Source of the DNA: Macrostomum lignano
Lineage: Eukaryota
Length of the DNA: 64,000 nt
NCBI GenBank assembly: GCA_002269645.1
Contig: NIVC01002030.1
Coordinates: 285,389-349,388 of the forward strand
Direction: 5' to 3'
Shown piece after piece: positions 37,748 through 50,383 of this stretch (the first letter of the stretch is position 1; each line of letters begins with the position of its first letter). The translations under genes were made by a program, and so were the position numbers. The notes below the pieces were generated by a model. The model did not search any database, was not told the DNA's origin, and saw nothing but the letters and a program-made list of their open reading frames with translations.

Positions 37748-38748
37748 TTCGGTTGTCGAGGATGTTATCTCGATTTATTGAAAATTCGATCCCATAACTT
37801 TCTGCAACATTCTAGAAGCTTACTGTGTGGGTATATATTGAGGGTGGGTGTGTGCGATCTTGACAGACTACTTCTCATTGTGTTGGTACCGTGTCTGAAC
37901 CCACTGCACAAGATTGGTTTGCTCGGTTTCGCCAGGGAGATTTCAGCCTCAAAGATTTGCTCCGGTCAAGACATAAGGTGGATTCTTCTGACCCTCCAGG
38001 ACCCTTCTGAGGTGGATGATGACCAGGCCCCTGCGCACAGTCATTGAGACTGATCCCCGACAAACCACGCGTCCTTGGGGTTGACCATCAAAACGATCGG
38101 TGCACACACAGCTGGCTGAAGTCGATTGTTACTGGCGATGAAAAATGGTGCTTATACATGTGCGTGAACCTCAAGCGTCGCTGGTCGTGGGTGGATGCTG
38201 ACGCGACACCTGAGCCACAGCCTAAGGCCGGACTCCACCCCCGCAAGGTCATGCTGTGCGTTTGGTGGGACTGTAAATGTGTGACCACATTTACCACCCA
38301 ACACATCGATTACGGCCGACCTGTACTGCCAACAGAAGCGACCAAATCATGGCCCGGTCCAATTCCTGCACAATAATGCCCACTTGTGCAGTATTGGCTG
38401 CGCCAAGGTGGCGAGTCACCTTGGCGCGCCAAGTTGACTCGCCAAAAGTTATATTGGTGCCTCATCCTCCGTATTCCCCCAATCTGGCGCCCAGCGACCT
38501 ACTATCTGTTCTTGGCTCTGACCAACGAATTGATGAGCAAATCTTTCACCCGATGAAGAAGCCCTGGATAACTGACTCAAAACCTGAGAAAGTCCACACT
38601 GATGGCATTATGTCTTTGACTGAAAAATGGCAAAAGGTGATTGATTCAAATGTCAATTACTTCGTTTCTTTAAGTCCTTCCGTATTTAAAATAAAATCCG
38701 ATTTGGAGGAAGGTTCTAGAAATCGCGAGAACATTCTCGACAACCGAA
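37748..38748 (+). mobile_element. Decayed mariner (Tc1/mariner, D34D-type) element, ~1.0 kb
   Basis: ~29-bp imperfect TIRs TTCGGTTGTCGAG(G/A)ATGTT…GATTT flanked by TA on both sides (37746-47, 38749-50). Frameshifted transposase motifs IVTGDEKW, GLHPRKVMLCVWWD, HPPYSPNLAPSD. Confidence 0.92.
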
Positions 38749-39309
38749 TAAAAGAACAGAGTGTAACAGAAAACTGTAAACTAACTTCAGCATAAGAGTG
38801 ACAGAGTAAGCACGCAGAGTCGGAGTGACAGAGTGCAGCTGTACTTTTCTAAACAGCTAATTAGCGCTGTCATAAAGGTGCGAGCAGAGGAGAGCGAGGA
38901 AGTGTTGGGTCTTCCAGCAAAAATGTTCGCTAGAATTCAATTTAGAACGCGACCTTCAATGTCCCTCTAAAGCTCTCGAAAGGAGTTCTTTCTAACCCAG
39001 CCAGGAAAAATGAATTCACAAACTTTTATATACATGCTTGGCCCAAGCGGAAATCGCAGATCCAGTGGTTGAGAAAGAATTGAGAGGACCTTTCTAGGAG
39101 CGGGGGGCGCTGGTAGTCAATTAACCCAAGCAGACGGGTCAGACACCTCCTGTCAGACATACCCGAGCAGCACAGTGCACACTGACAGCTTTTAGCTGTC
39201 TCTCTGCTTCGAGCTGCGTCTCTTATATAGCAGTTTGTCTTTTATTGGCGGAATGAATTTCTTGTCAGCATTTGCTACTATCGCCTCTCTTATTTCTCAA
39301 CTATTGCAT

Positions 39310-40605
39310 TCACCTGTCACCCTGTCTCCCTCACCTGTCTCCTTCACCTGTCTCCTTTACCTGTCTCCTTCACCTGTCTCCCTCACCTGTCTCCTTCACC
39401 TGTCTCCTTTACCTGTCTCCCTCACCTGTCTCCTTCACCTGTCTCCCTTACCTGTCTCCCTCACCTGTCTCCCTCACCTGTCTCCCTTACCTGTCTCCTT
39501 CACCTGTCTCCCTTACCTGTCTCCTTCACCTGTCTCCTCTACCTGTCTCCTTCACCTGTCTCCTCTACCTGTCTCCTTTACCTGTCTCCTTCACCTGTCT
39601 CCTTTACCTGTCTCCTCTACCTGTCTCCTTTACCTGTCTCCTTCACCTGTCTCCTTTACCTGTCTCCTTCACCTGTCTCTCTTACCTGTCTCCTTCACCT
39701 GTCTCCCTCACCTATCTCCTTCACCTGTCTCCCTCACCTGTCTCCCTTACCTGTCTCCCTCACCTGTCTCCCTCACCTGTCTCCCTTACCTGTCTCCTTC
39801 ACCTATCTCCTTCACCTGTCTCCCTCACCTGTCTCCCTCACCTGTCTCCTTCACCTGTCTCCTCTACCTGCCTCCTTTACCTGTCTCCTTCACCTGTCTC
39901 CTTTACCTGTCTCCTCTACCTGTCTCCTTTACCTGTCTCCTTCACCTGTCTCCTTTACCTGTCTCCTTCACCTGTCTCTCTTACCTGTCTCCTTCACCTG
40001 TCTCCCTCACCTATCTCCTTCACCTGTCTCCCTCACCTGTCTCCCTCACCTGTCTCCCTCACCTGTCTCCCTCACCTGTCTCCCTCACCTGTCTCCCTCA
40101 CCTGTCTCCCTCACCTGTCTCCCTCACCTGTCTCCCTCACCTGTCTCCCTCACCTGTCTCCCTCACCTGTCTCCCTCACCTGTCTCCCTCACCTGTCTCC
40201 CTCACCTGTCTCCCTCACCTGTATCCTTCACCTGTCTCCTTTACCTGTCTCCTTCACCTGTCTCCTTTAGCTGTCTCCCTCACCTGTCTCCTTCACCTGT
40301 CTCCTTCACCTGTCTCCTTTACCTGTCTCCTTCACCTGTCTCTCTTACCTGTCTCCTTCACCTGTCTCTCTTACCTGTCTCCTTCACCTGTCTCCCTCAC
40401 CTATCTCCTTCACCTGTCTCCTTTACCTGTCTCCTTCACCTGTCTCTCTTACCTGTCTCCTTCACCTGTCTCTCTTACCTGTCTCCTTCACCTGTCTCCC
40501 TCACCTATCTCCTTCACCTGTCTCCCTCACCTGTCTCCCTCACCTGTCTCCCTCACGTGTCTCCCTCGCTTGTTTCCTTCACCTGTCTCCCTCGCTTGTC
40601 TCCTT
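39310..40605. repeat. 13-bp pyrimidine-rich minisatellite (C/T)ACCTGTCTCC(C/T)T
   Basis: About 100 copies; explains the 506-aa ORF. Confidence 0.97.
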
Positions 40606-41355
40606 AACTCTCTCTCTCTCCCTCACCTCTCTCTCCCACACCAGTCTCTCCCACATCCGACCCCATCCGCCAGACCTCACATGTCTCAACCATTTCAGTC
40701 AGTTTTTCTCACTCTACAAAGCACGACCGTCGCCGATCCCCAGCTTCTTTTTTGATGAATTCAAAAAGGAATTTCTATTGTCGCTTGGAAAACTCACATG
40801 TAGAAAAAATAACTCGAGAGGCTGAGAGGGTGACCGAGAGAATGAGCTCAGCTGAGCTCAGCTGAGAGAATGAGCTCAGGCCGAGTCCAACTCAATCCAG
40901 TCTGAGCCTGACTGAAAGTGCGCCGAAGCGAGGAAGCGATAACTGTTTCACCAGCGATATTATTTCCACGAAACGGCATTGCCTAGACTTTCAATAAATA
41001 TATGGTTTTTCATTTTCATTACATTTCCCATATTACCATAAATATGCTGTGTTAAGCTATAGCAGAAAGTTTTCAGTTTTTCGAACGGAAACTTCCACAC
41101 TTTCCTAGTTTGGATGGAATTTTCCAGGAATCAGCTGCACCGGCTAGTTTGGTAAGGGAAGAGCAGGGGAGGCTTTTAAAAGTAAGTCGGGTAAAGGACA
41201 GCCTCCGCCGGAGAATCGGCCCGTAATTGATGCGGCCTCTTTAACTGGACACGATTTGCAGCTTACAACTGCACGGAGTCTGTAGCGGATATGTGACCTC
41301 TGGCTGCAGACTGCTGCATCTAATTATGGCACTGGCTGTTGCCCATTCTGGCAAC

Positions 41356-41950
<595 letters not shown>

Positions 41951-42279
41951 ACTTTTTATGTTTATTTCAATATTTCTTGAAATCCAATTATTAGTTAGAA
42001 CTGATTGGATTAAAAAATCTGGATTGGATCTCCATACACAAGGAACTGGTACGATAGTTAGAGCTAATCAGATGATGGGAGACTGATGCTCTAAATGAGA
42101 ATATTCAATTTTTTTCTGGTCTAGTATGGAAGCCACCAGATGCTGGTAGAATAAACAATTTCAGTCTATAATTTCATTTTTCGATAAAGGCGAAAGGGCA
42201 TAATGTCCGTGCAGTTTTAAATGATCCTCTGTTTTATAAAACAACTCCTAGCTAAAATTTACCACTAGCAGGCCTCTAT

Positions 42280-42750
42280 AAAAAGACATCCCAGATCTCA
42301 GAAAAGACACCCATAGTCTGTCAAAAGATACTCGCAAATTTCACAAGAGGCATCCCAGATCCTCAAAGGACACCTCTCAGATTTCCAAAAGACACCTTAG
42401 ATTCCAAAAAAGACACCCTAGATCGTTTTAATTACGGAACCCCTCAGAACTTCAAAAATACGCCCCAGACACCCAAAAGACACCTTAGATTTCACAAAAG
42501 ACACCTTAGATTTCACAAAAGACACCCCAGACGACCAAAAGACACCTTACCTTAGATTCCACAAAAGACACCTTAGGTTCCACAAAAGACACCTTAGATT
42601 ACACAAAAGACACCCCAGACGACCAAAAGACACCTTAGATTTCACAAAAGACACCTTAGATTTCACAAAAGACACCTTAGGTTCCACAAAAGACACCTTA
42701 GGTTCCACAAAAGACACCTTAGATTCCACAAAAGACACCCCAGACACCAA
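42280..42750. repeat. 21-bp degenerate minisatellite AAAAGACACCTTAGATTTCAC
   Basis: Tandem copies. Confidence 0.88.
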
Positions 42751-42882
42751 TAACCACCTTTATACATTCCACAAAAGCCAAAGCTCTCAAAAGACATCCC
42801 AGGCACCACAAGAAACTCACAAGACACCACAGACGTCAAAAGGACGATCCTCAATCCCCAGACACTGCCGCCCATCTCGCAG

Positions 42883-44215
42883 GTGAACGGGAGCGGCCGC
42901 AGCTACCTGCACCGACCAGTCCAGAGCGCCATCCTGTACCTGGTTTTGGCCTGCTCCTTGGTCAGCCTCGTCGCCTTTCTGACCGTCTACCGCAGCGTTG
43001 CTCAGCTGCGCAACCGAGCTGGCTTCATCCTGTGCTGGCACGCCTCCTGCCTGCTGGTTGTGGAGCTGCTGCACCTGGCTGGCAGGTCAGTGGCCCTCCC
43101 CCAGCCCGTGTGCCTGACCTCCCTTCTAGCCAGCTTCCTAGCCCTGACTGGCACCTTCGCCTGGGCGGCCGTGTTCGGCATTGACTTGCTGATCTCCATC
43201 GGCTCCCGGACGGTGCGGCCCAGCAGGGAGACTCGCTGGGGCTACGCCAGGCTGTCCGCCTTCGTCTGGCTGATGCCCGCACTGCTGACGGCCGCCCTGG
43301 CCGCGCTGCACTTTCGTTTCGGACTGTTGAACAATCGACGATGCGACGCCGCGTCCGCCAAGCAGTGGCTGATGGTCGGGCTGTCGGTGGTGCCCCTGGG
43401 CCTGAGTCTGCTCATCAACCTGGCCGTGCTGGGGGCCCTGTGCGCCATGCTGCTGCTGAGGAGTCGGCAGGCCGCCAGATCCATCGGGAGGCGGGCGGCG
43501 GCGAGCCAGTCGAGGCTGGCCATTGTCACGCTTAAGGTGAGGCAGTCCTGCCCAAGCCGCTGAGCACAGACGAGCACTCAAGTACTGTACACAGGCGCGA
43601 ACTCATGCACACGCTCACACAGGGTGCACAGGCGGCCCCTGACTTTCTTAATCGTCAGACGTGAACACTCTCACTTTCACTTCCAGATAATCTCAACTCG
43701 CCGAAACTCTGGATCTCAGAAATCCTCAAAGATTCTGAAAATTTATTATCCAAGTAGCCCCGAATCTTGACTATTCGAGCTCTCGAAACATTTTTCGAAT
43801 TCCTCTCCCGCAGGTGTCAGTCATCCTAGGCGTCACCTGGCTGCCCTATTTTTGCATAGCGAAAATTCTCGGCCGCGGACGCGAACCCGTGACCTCATTC
43901 GTAGCGGAAGTGATCGTGGATCTGCACGGCTGCCTGCTATCTGCTTGTTTTTGTTTGAATCGGAAAACCCGCGCCAGACTGGCTGAGACCTGCTCCAGGC
44001 GCCGGACCTCGCGCCGAATGAGCGCGCAAGCCTTCAGCGCCGGCAAGCAGCGCCAGTTGCTGCGCCACGCGCGCTCGCCAACCGCCGCGTCAGGGAGCTC
44101 GGCGCAGTGTGGCGCCGGTCAAATTGTCGCTTGCGCGTCCGAAATTGAGCTTCACGAGCGCCGGTCGCTGCTGCTGCAGCCGCAGCAGAGGCGAGGCACC
44201 AATGTGAGCATCTGA
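42883..44215 (+). CDS. Class-B-like (secretin/adhesion/Methuselah-like) 7TM GPCR; exons 42883-43536 and 43814-44215; N-terminus unresolved
   Basis: Seven hydrophobic segments. Family-like motifs LRNRAGFILC (ICL1), C…L.SF..L..TFAWAAVFGIDL (TM3), LK-VSVILGVTW (TM6), DLHGCLLSACFCLNRKTR (TM7/H8). Acceptors catctcgcag| and ctcccgcag|, donor AAG|GTGAGG. Confidence 0.85.
43561..43672 (-). mobile_element. SINE body fragment in the GPCR intron
   Basis: TACTGTACACAGGCGCG…CACACGCTCACACAGGGTG…CCCTGACTTTCTTAATCGTCAG is near-identical to the reverse complement of 14683-14775. Confidence 0.6.
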
Positions 44216-44277
44216 GCAGGCGAATTTCGAACTGCCGGTTTCGAACTGCCGGCACTGGAATCAAATTGATCATTGGA

Positions 44278-44555
44278 ATAGCACCTGTTATTGCTACCTG
44301 TTAGATAGGGAATCATAGCACCTGTTATTGCTACCTGTTAGATAGGGAATCATAGCACCTGTTATTGCTACCTGTTAGATAGGGAATTATAGCACCTGTT
44401 ATTTCTACCTGTTAGATAGGGAATTATAGCACCTGTTATTTCTACCTGTTAGATAGGGAATTATAGCACCTGTTATTTCTACCTGTTAGATAGGGAATCA
44501 TAGCACCTGTTATTTCTACCTGTTAGATAGGGAAGGGAATTATAGCACCTATTAT
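44278..44555. repeat. 37-bp minisatellite ATAGCACCTGTTATT(G/T)CTACCTGTTAGATAGGGAAT(C/T)
   Basis: Period 37 (44281 to 44318). Confidence 0.95.
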
Positions 44556-44959
44556 TATTGCCCCCTGTTCTAATGGCGCCAATACTCTTGCCTGGTAGCC
44601 AACAAACTTTTGCGTAATTGATAGTTGTAAAATTAAATATATATTTAGTTATCATGTGAACAATTAATGTTATATAAGCTATGTATATCATGCGCTCATA
44701 CTGGGCTAAAGCACTTCATCACAGCAATTAACAAGAATTGTTTCACTGTTATTGATTGCCTCTCTGAGTCCAGCAGCTCATTAATTATTTATAAGCCCCG
44801 ATTCTTGCGTAGTGCTCATGTTTGAGTGCTCTCAACTTGCTTTAATCATATCTATATTTTCTGCTTAAAAATTTAAACCTTCAAAACATTTATCAGCTGA
44901 GGTATTTTCATAACAGACTGGCTGTAACCCACTGCAACCTATTGTACTTTGCTGTCATC

Positions 44960-45546
44960 TACTGTAAATCAGCTGTAAATCTACTGTAATCCTCTGTAAT
45001 CTACTGCAGTTTACTGTAATCTACTTGTAATTCACAGTTTTCTACTGTAATCTACGCTCGTACTGTTATTTACTGTAATCTACTGTTATTTACTGTAATC
45101 AACTGTTATTTACTGTAATCAACTGTTATTTGCTGTAATCTGCTGTTATTTACTGTAATCTACTGTTATTTACTGTAATCAACTGTTATTTACTGTAATC
45201 TGCTGTTATTTACTGTAATCTACTGTTATTTACTGTAATCAACTGTTATTTACTGTAATCTGCTGTTATTTACTGTAATCTACTGTTATTTACTGTAATC
45301 TGCTGTTATTTACTGTAATCTACTGTTATTTACTGTAATCTACTGTTATTTACTGTAATCAACTGTTATTTACTGTAATCTACTGTTATTTACTGTAATC
45401 TACTGTTATTTACTGTAATCTACTGTTATTTACTGTAATCTACTGTTATTTACTGTAATCTACTGTTATTTACTGTAATCTACTGTTATTTACTGTAATC
45501 TACTGTTATTTACTGTAATCTACTGTTATTTACTGTAATCTACTGT
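44960..45546. repeat. 20-bp minisatellite TACTGTTATTTACTGTAATC
   Basis: Tandem copies. Confidence 0.95.
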
Positions 45547-46121
45547 CATGCACATGTAGTGTCCAACATGCTATGAAATGAATAAGTTTATGTAAAAATA
45601 TCAAAGTATCCCAGAGCCAGTTGGTATTTCTTCTTAGCAAGAAAAGTCCATTTTAACAAACAACTTCTGCATCAGTACAGTTTGTTATAATTCAATTAAT
45701 TATTTCTTCTCTGCATACCTGCTAAGATTGATTGACATAAAGGGGATTGCAAGCTTATATTGCGGTTTATTACCATAGTTTCCCACAGCTGAACGGCTGT
45801 TTCTGTAAAAGTGCACAAAGTACTTTGACACCTTGTTTAAAGCTCCGTCGTCAGTATGTCAGAGAGTCGAAAATTTTCACAATTCCGATGTTGATTTATT
45901 TTCAAAAAATATACATTTGAAAACTTGCTTGTTATTTCGAGCTTTAAAAAAATAAGCATTGTCTAAATTTGAGACTGCCTGGTTGTTGAAGATCTGTTTT
46001 GATGGACTCAGTAAAAGATTTAGACTGAGCAGGATGGCAATAAATCACGTGACTAATTGAAAGTGAAAATATTTAAACCAATCAATTAATTAAACAAGCT
46101 ATGCACCAATTTAATTTTATT

Positions 46122-46316
46122 ATCAATCAATCAATCAATCAACCAACCAATAAATAAATAAATCAATCAATCAATGAACCAATAAATAAATAAATAAATA
46201 AATCAGTCAGTGAATCAATCAATTAATCAATCAACTATTCAACCAGTCAATCAATCAATCAACCAATTAACCAATCAATCAATCCATCAATCAATCAATC
46301 AATTATTCAACCAATC

Positions 46317-46364
<48 letters not shown>

Positions 46365-46496
46365 ATCAATCAATCAATCAATCAATCAAATATTCAATCA
46401 ATCAATCAATCAATCAGTCAGTCAGTCAATCAATCAATCAATCAGTCAATCAATCAATCAATCAACAATAAATAAATCAATCAATCAATCAGTCAG

Positions 46497-46528
<32 letters not shown>

Positions 46529-46670
46529 CAATAAATCAATCAATCAATCAATCAGTCAGTCAATCAATCAATCAGTCAATCAACCAATCAACCAATCAAC
46601 CAATCAATTAATCAATCAATTATTCAATCAATTATTCAATCAATCAATCAGTTAATCAATCAATAATCAA
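46122..46670. repeat. (TCAA)n degenerate microsatellite
   Basis: Directly visible. Confidence 0.95.
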
Positions 46671-46750
46671 ACCGATGCAACAGTCAGTCAATTTATTCAC
46701 TACTCTCGGTCTGCAAATTGCTCAGTAGCTCAACTCCGGGCTTGCCGCTC

Positions 46751-49175
46751 TCAGCCAATCTGCTCCCAAGCGTAGATAAGCCCGCATAGCAACAGTAGTC
46801 GATCCTCGGCTGCCAGCTCGGCGGCCGCCTCAGTAAAGCTGACATCCATGCCGCTGTTGTCGCAGTAGACGGTGCGCAGGTGTCGGTGCCAACGCACAGC
46901 AGCCACGCAGTGCACGGAGCCGCGGTGCGCCACCTCCAGCGGTTCGACTTCCGTTGAGGTGTCGCCGTTCCAGCAGAAGTTCATCAGCCGCTCCGTGCTG
47001 ATCTGCGGAGTGGGGCGGGCTGGGAGCTGCAGGCATGGGGATGCTTGAGGGAGGTGGGGAGAGGGAGATGGGGAGAGGGAGATGGGGAGAGAGATGGAGT
47101 GGGGGTGGGAAGAGGGAGACTGGGAGGGGAGACGCAGAGAGGGAGATGCAGAGAGGGACATGAGGAGAGGGAGATCGGGAGAGAGAAATGGAGAAGGAGA
47201 TGGGGAGTGTGACATGGGGAGAGGGAGATCGGGAGAGAGAAATGGAGAAGGAGATGGGGAGTGTGACATGGGAGAGGGAGATGAAGAGAGGGACGTGAAG
47301 GGAGATGGGGAGGGGGTGGAAAGAGGGAGATGGGGAGGGGAGACGCAGAGAGGGAGATGCAGAGAGGGAGATGCAGAGAGGGAGATGCAGAGAGGGAGAT
47401 GCAGAGAGGGAGATGCAGAGAGGGAGATGCACAGAGGGAGATGCAGAGAGGGAGATGCAGAGAGGGAGATGCAGAGAGGGAGATGCACAGAGGGAGATGC
47501 AGAGAGGGAGATGCAGAGAGGGAGATGCAGAGAGGGAGATGCAGAGAGGGAGATGCACAGAGGGAGATGCACAGAGGGAGATGCAGAGAGGGAGATGCAG
47601 AGAGGGAGATGCAGAGAGGGAGATGCAGAGAGGGAGATGCAGAGAGGGAGATGCAGAGAGGGAGATGCAGAGAGGGAGATGCAGAGAGGGAGATGCAGAG
47701 AGGGAGATGCAGAGAGGGAGATGCAGAGAGGGAGATGCAGAGAGGGAGATGCAGAGAGGGAGATGCAGAGAGGGAGATGCAGAGAGGGAGATGCACAGAG
47801 GGAGATGCAGAGACGGAGCGCAGCACGGCAGACGCCAGCACCCCAGCAGCAGCCGGACCCCACCTGGTAGCGCCTGTTGCTGCCATGGCGGCTCAGCCAG
47901 AAGCCTTTGACGGGACCCCAGGCCGACCGGACCAGCCCTAAAGATTTCGTAACGTCCGCCGCCAACCCCGTTGACGGCGAGTAGTCGCTGCACAGAATCT
48001 CGGCGCACGCGGTGCACACGGGCAGAGGCAGCAGGTCCGCCGCGAACATGGGGCAGGTGTACACCCGCCGGAGCTGGAATGCTCGCCTCAGCTGGCCGTC
48101 AGGCAGTTGACAGTAGCCAGTAAGCCAGTTCGAAGCTTTCGAACTTGGGTCAGCCGAGGTCAAGTGATAGAGAGTGGCCTCCCTGTTGGACGTCTTGATG
48201 CAGTAGTCTCGTTGCAGTCGCCAGAAGCAGGTCGATGGGCCCCAAGAGTCCACCTGGGTTGCGGCAGAGGCACAGGGTCAAGCCAAGGGGGTCAAGTTGG
48301 GGGTCAAATGAGCAAACAGGTCGAGGGCATTAGGTTGGCCAGGGGGTCTAGAGGAGCAAGAGTTGATACTGGGGTGTGGGTCAGATGGGTCAAGATCATA
48401 CTGAAGTGTGGGTCAGATGGGTCAAGGTGATACTGGGGTGTGGGTCAGATGGGTCAAGATCATACTGAAGTGTGGGTCAGATGGGTCAAGGTGATACTGG
48501 GGTGTGGATCAGATGGGTCAAGATCATACTGAAGTGTGGGTCAGATGGGTCAAGGTGATACTGGGGTGTGGATCAGATGGGTCAAGATCATACTGAAGTG
48601 TGGGTCAGATGGGTCAAGGTGATACTGGGGTGTGGATCAGATGGGTCAAGATCATACTGAAGTGTGGGTCAGATGGGTCAAGGTGATACTGGGATGTGGG
48701 TCAGATGGGTCAAGGTGATACTGGGGTGTGGGTCAGATGGGTCAAGGTGATACTGGAGTGTGGGTCAGATGGGTCAAGGTGATACTGGGGTGTGGGTCAG
48801 ATGGGTCAAGGTGATACTGGAGTGTGGGTCAGATGGGTCAAGGTGATACGGAAGTGTTGGTCATCTTGGCGCTAATCCTGAATATCTTTATGTTTGGTGC
48901 CAATGATAACCAACGTATATTATTAGTTAATTACGTACCTGAGCAACATAAAACTTGGAAGCGTTAACTAGATGTTGCAGCAAGGAAGCTGGCTGCTGCT
49001 GTTGCTGCTGCGGCAGCAGAGGATATGAATTTTTAATCACCGATTGCTCCGGAGGTGCTGAGACCAGCTGACCTTCCCTTGGCACTGGCAGCCAGTTAAC
49101 TGGACTGCCATTCACGCAGTGCACTGTGGTATTGAATAGGTGAAGATCGTTTTGAGAATGACCAGATTCTGCCAT
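46751..49175 (-). CDS. Divergent C-type lectin-like domain protein (~292 aa). Exons 49175-48939, 48253-47864, 47002-46751
   Basis: Phase-0 junctions CAG|GTACGT…caacccag|GTG and CAG|GTGGGG…actccgcag|ATC. The Cys/Trp pattern (CFW…YC…W…C…CPMFAADLL…FWLS…NFCW…EP…HCVA…C…LC) resembles a CTLD fold. The domain call is by eye. Confidence 0.65.
47045..47812. repeat. 14-bp purine-rich minisatellite GAGGGAGATGCAGA in the CTLD-gene intron
   Basis: Tandem copies. Confidence 0.95.
48360..48860. repeat. 32-bp minisatellite GGGTCAGATGGGTCAAG(GTG/ATC)ATACTG(GG/AA)GTGT with alternating A/B units
   Basis: Period 32, 64-bp higher order. Confidence 0.95.
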
Positions 49176-49339
49176 TTTTATATTGCAATTAACGATGCGT
49201 TATTATGAATCATTTTATGCGCAGATAGAAAGCGGCGCTGCCTTGACCTGTCTATGGCCGAAAGGTCGGGCAGAATTCTTTAAATTTGATTTTTTACTAA
49301 TACCTTAAATCTTATGGTCTTTATGGCTAATAACTTCTA

Positions 49340-49520
49340 TTTTTCAACTCTACTCTATCTCTCTACTCTTTACTCTCTACTCTCTCTACTCTCTAGTCTC
49401 TACTCTCTACTCTCTACTCTCTCTACTCTCCATTCTCTACTATCTACTCTCTACTCTCTCTACTCTCAGCTCTCTCTACTCTCTACTCTCTATTCTCAAC
49501 TCTCTACTCAACCTCTTACC
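49340..49520. repeat. (CTCTACT)n degenerate heptamer
   Basis: Directly visible. Confidence 0.85.
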
Positions 49521-49602
49521 CGAATACTTAATCTCTAATGAATATTCAATATTCCACATCATCAGGCATGGGATCTGCAAGGACTGCTCAAGTAACATAT
49601 AT

Positions 49603-50053
49603 AGGACGCAACACTCGAAATCTTTGGTAAATGTTTTGAAGGCAACTTTTCGCCGAAAAATACACTACAGAGATAGGAGGTTTTAATTTTTCAGCACAAA
49701 AATTTTTATTGCTTTTGATAGGAGGCAGATCCAGTGTTTATCTCTTGATATGTTGTGCCTTTCTTATTGTTCTATCGATATTCATAAAGCTATTCCTTCA
49801 GAAATAGTGTTAAAGGCAGGTTTCATCGGAAAAATACACTACGGAGATAGGAACTTTCACGATTTTCAACACTAAAACAGTGATTGGGTCACTTAACAGT
49901 GTCAGAGAAAGTCCTAATCACACTATTTTGTGCCTCACATGCTGCTCTAACGGCGCATTAATCGATTTTTCATTTTAACTTGGTCTGTTATTTGAAAAAA
50001 CGTTTAAAAGTTGCCTTCAAAACATTTACCAAAGATTTCGAGTGTTGCGTCCT
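49603..50053. mobile_element. MITE-like element with perfect 48-bp terminal inverted repeats
   Basis: AGGACGCAACACTCGAAATCTTTGGTAAATGTTTTGAAGGCAACTTTT at 49603-49650 is the exact reverse complement of 50006-50053. Internal direct subrepeat GAAAAATACACTAC.GAGATAGG occurs twice. Non-coding; no TSD recognised. Confidence 0.8.
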
Positions 50054-50383
50054 TCTACTTAAGTTGTCCTTGGGGATCTGATGACTGCATGCAGAGAGCT
50101 CGTGATTAACAGGTTCAACTGAACAAAAATCCAATTTTCAATGTAATTATCTATTTAATTTACTAAAAGTAGTGCAATAGGATTGCAAAATTAAGCTTCC
50201 CTTATTCATAGTTGATAAGCAGAAGGGCGAACCAAAGCAATAGCTTAGTAGTGACGAATAGGAAACCGGTTGGAATAACAGATAGTATGTCAGTATATAA
50301 ACACTGTTTTCTTATCAAGAAACTCACTGCTGTATACATTTGAATGTCTCTCACACACTAATTATAACAAAACAGATTCGAAT

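Noticed and set aside
40843-40860. Perfect 18-bp palindrome TGAGCTCAGCTGAGCTCA
   Set aside because: Arises from a local GAGCTCAGCT duplication; no associated feature.
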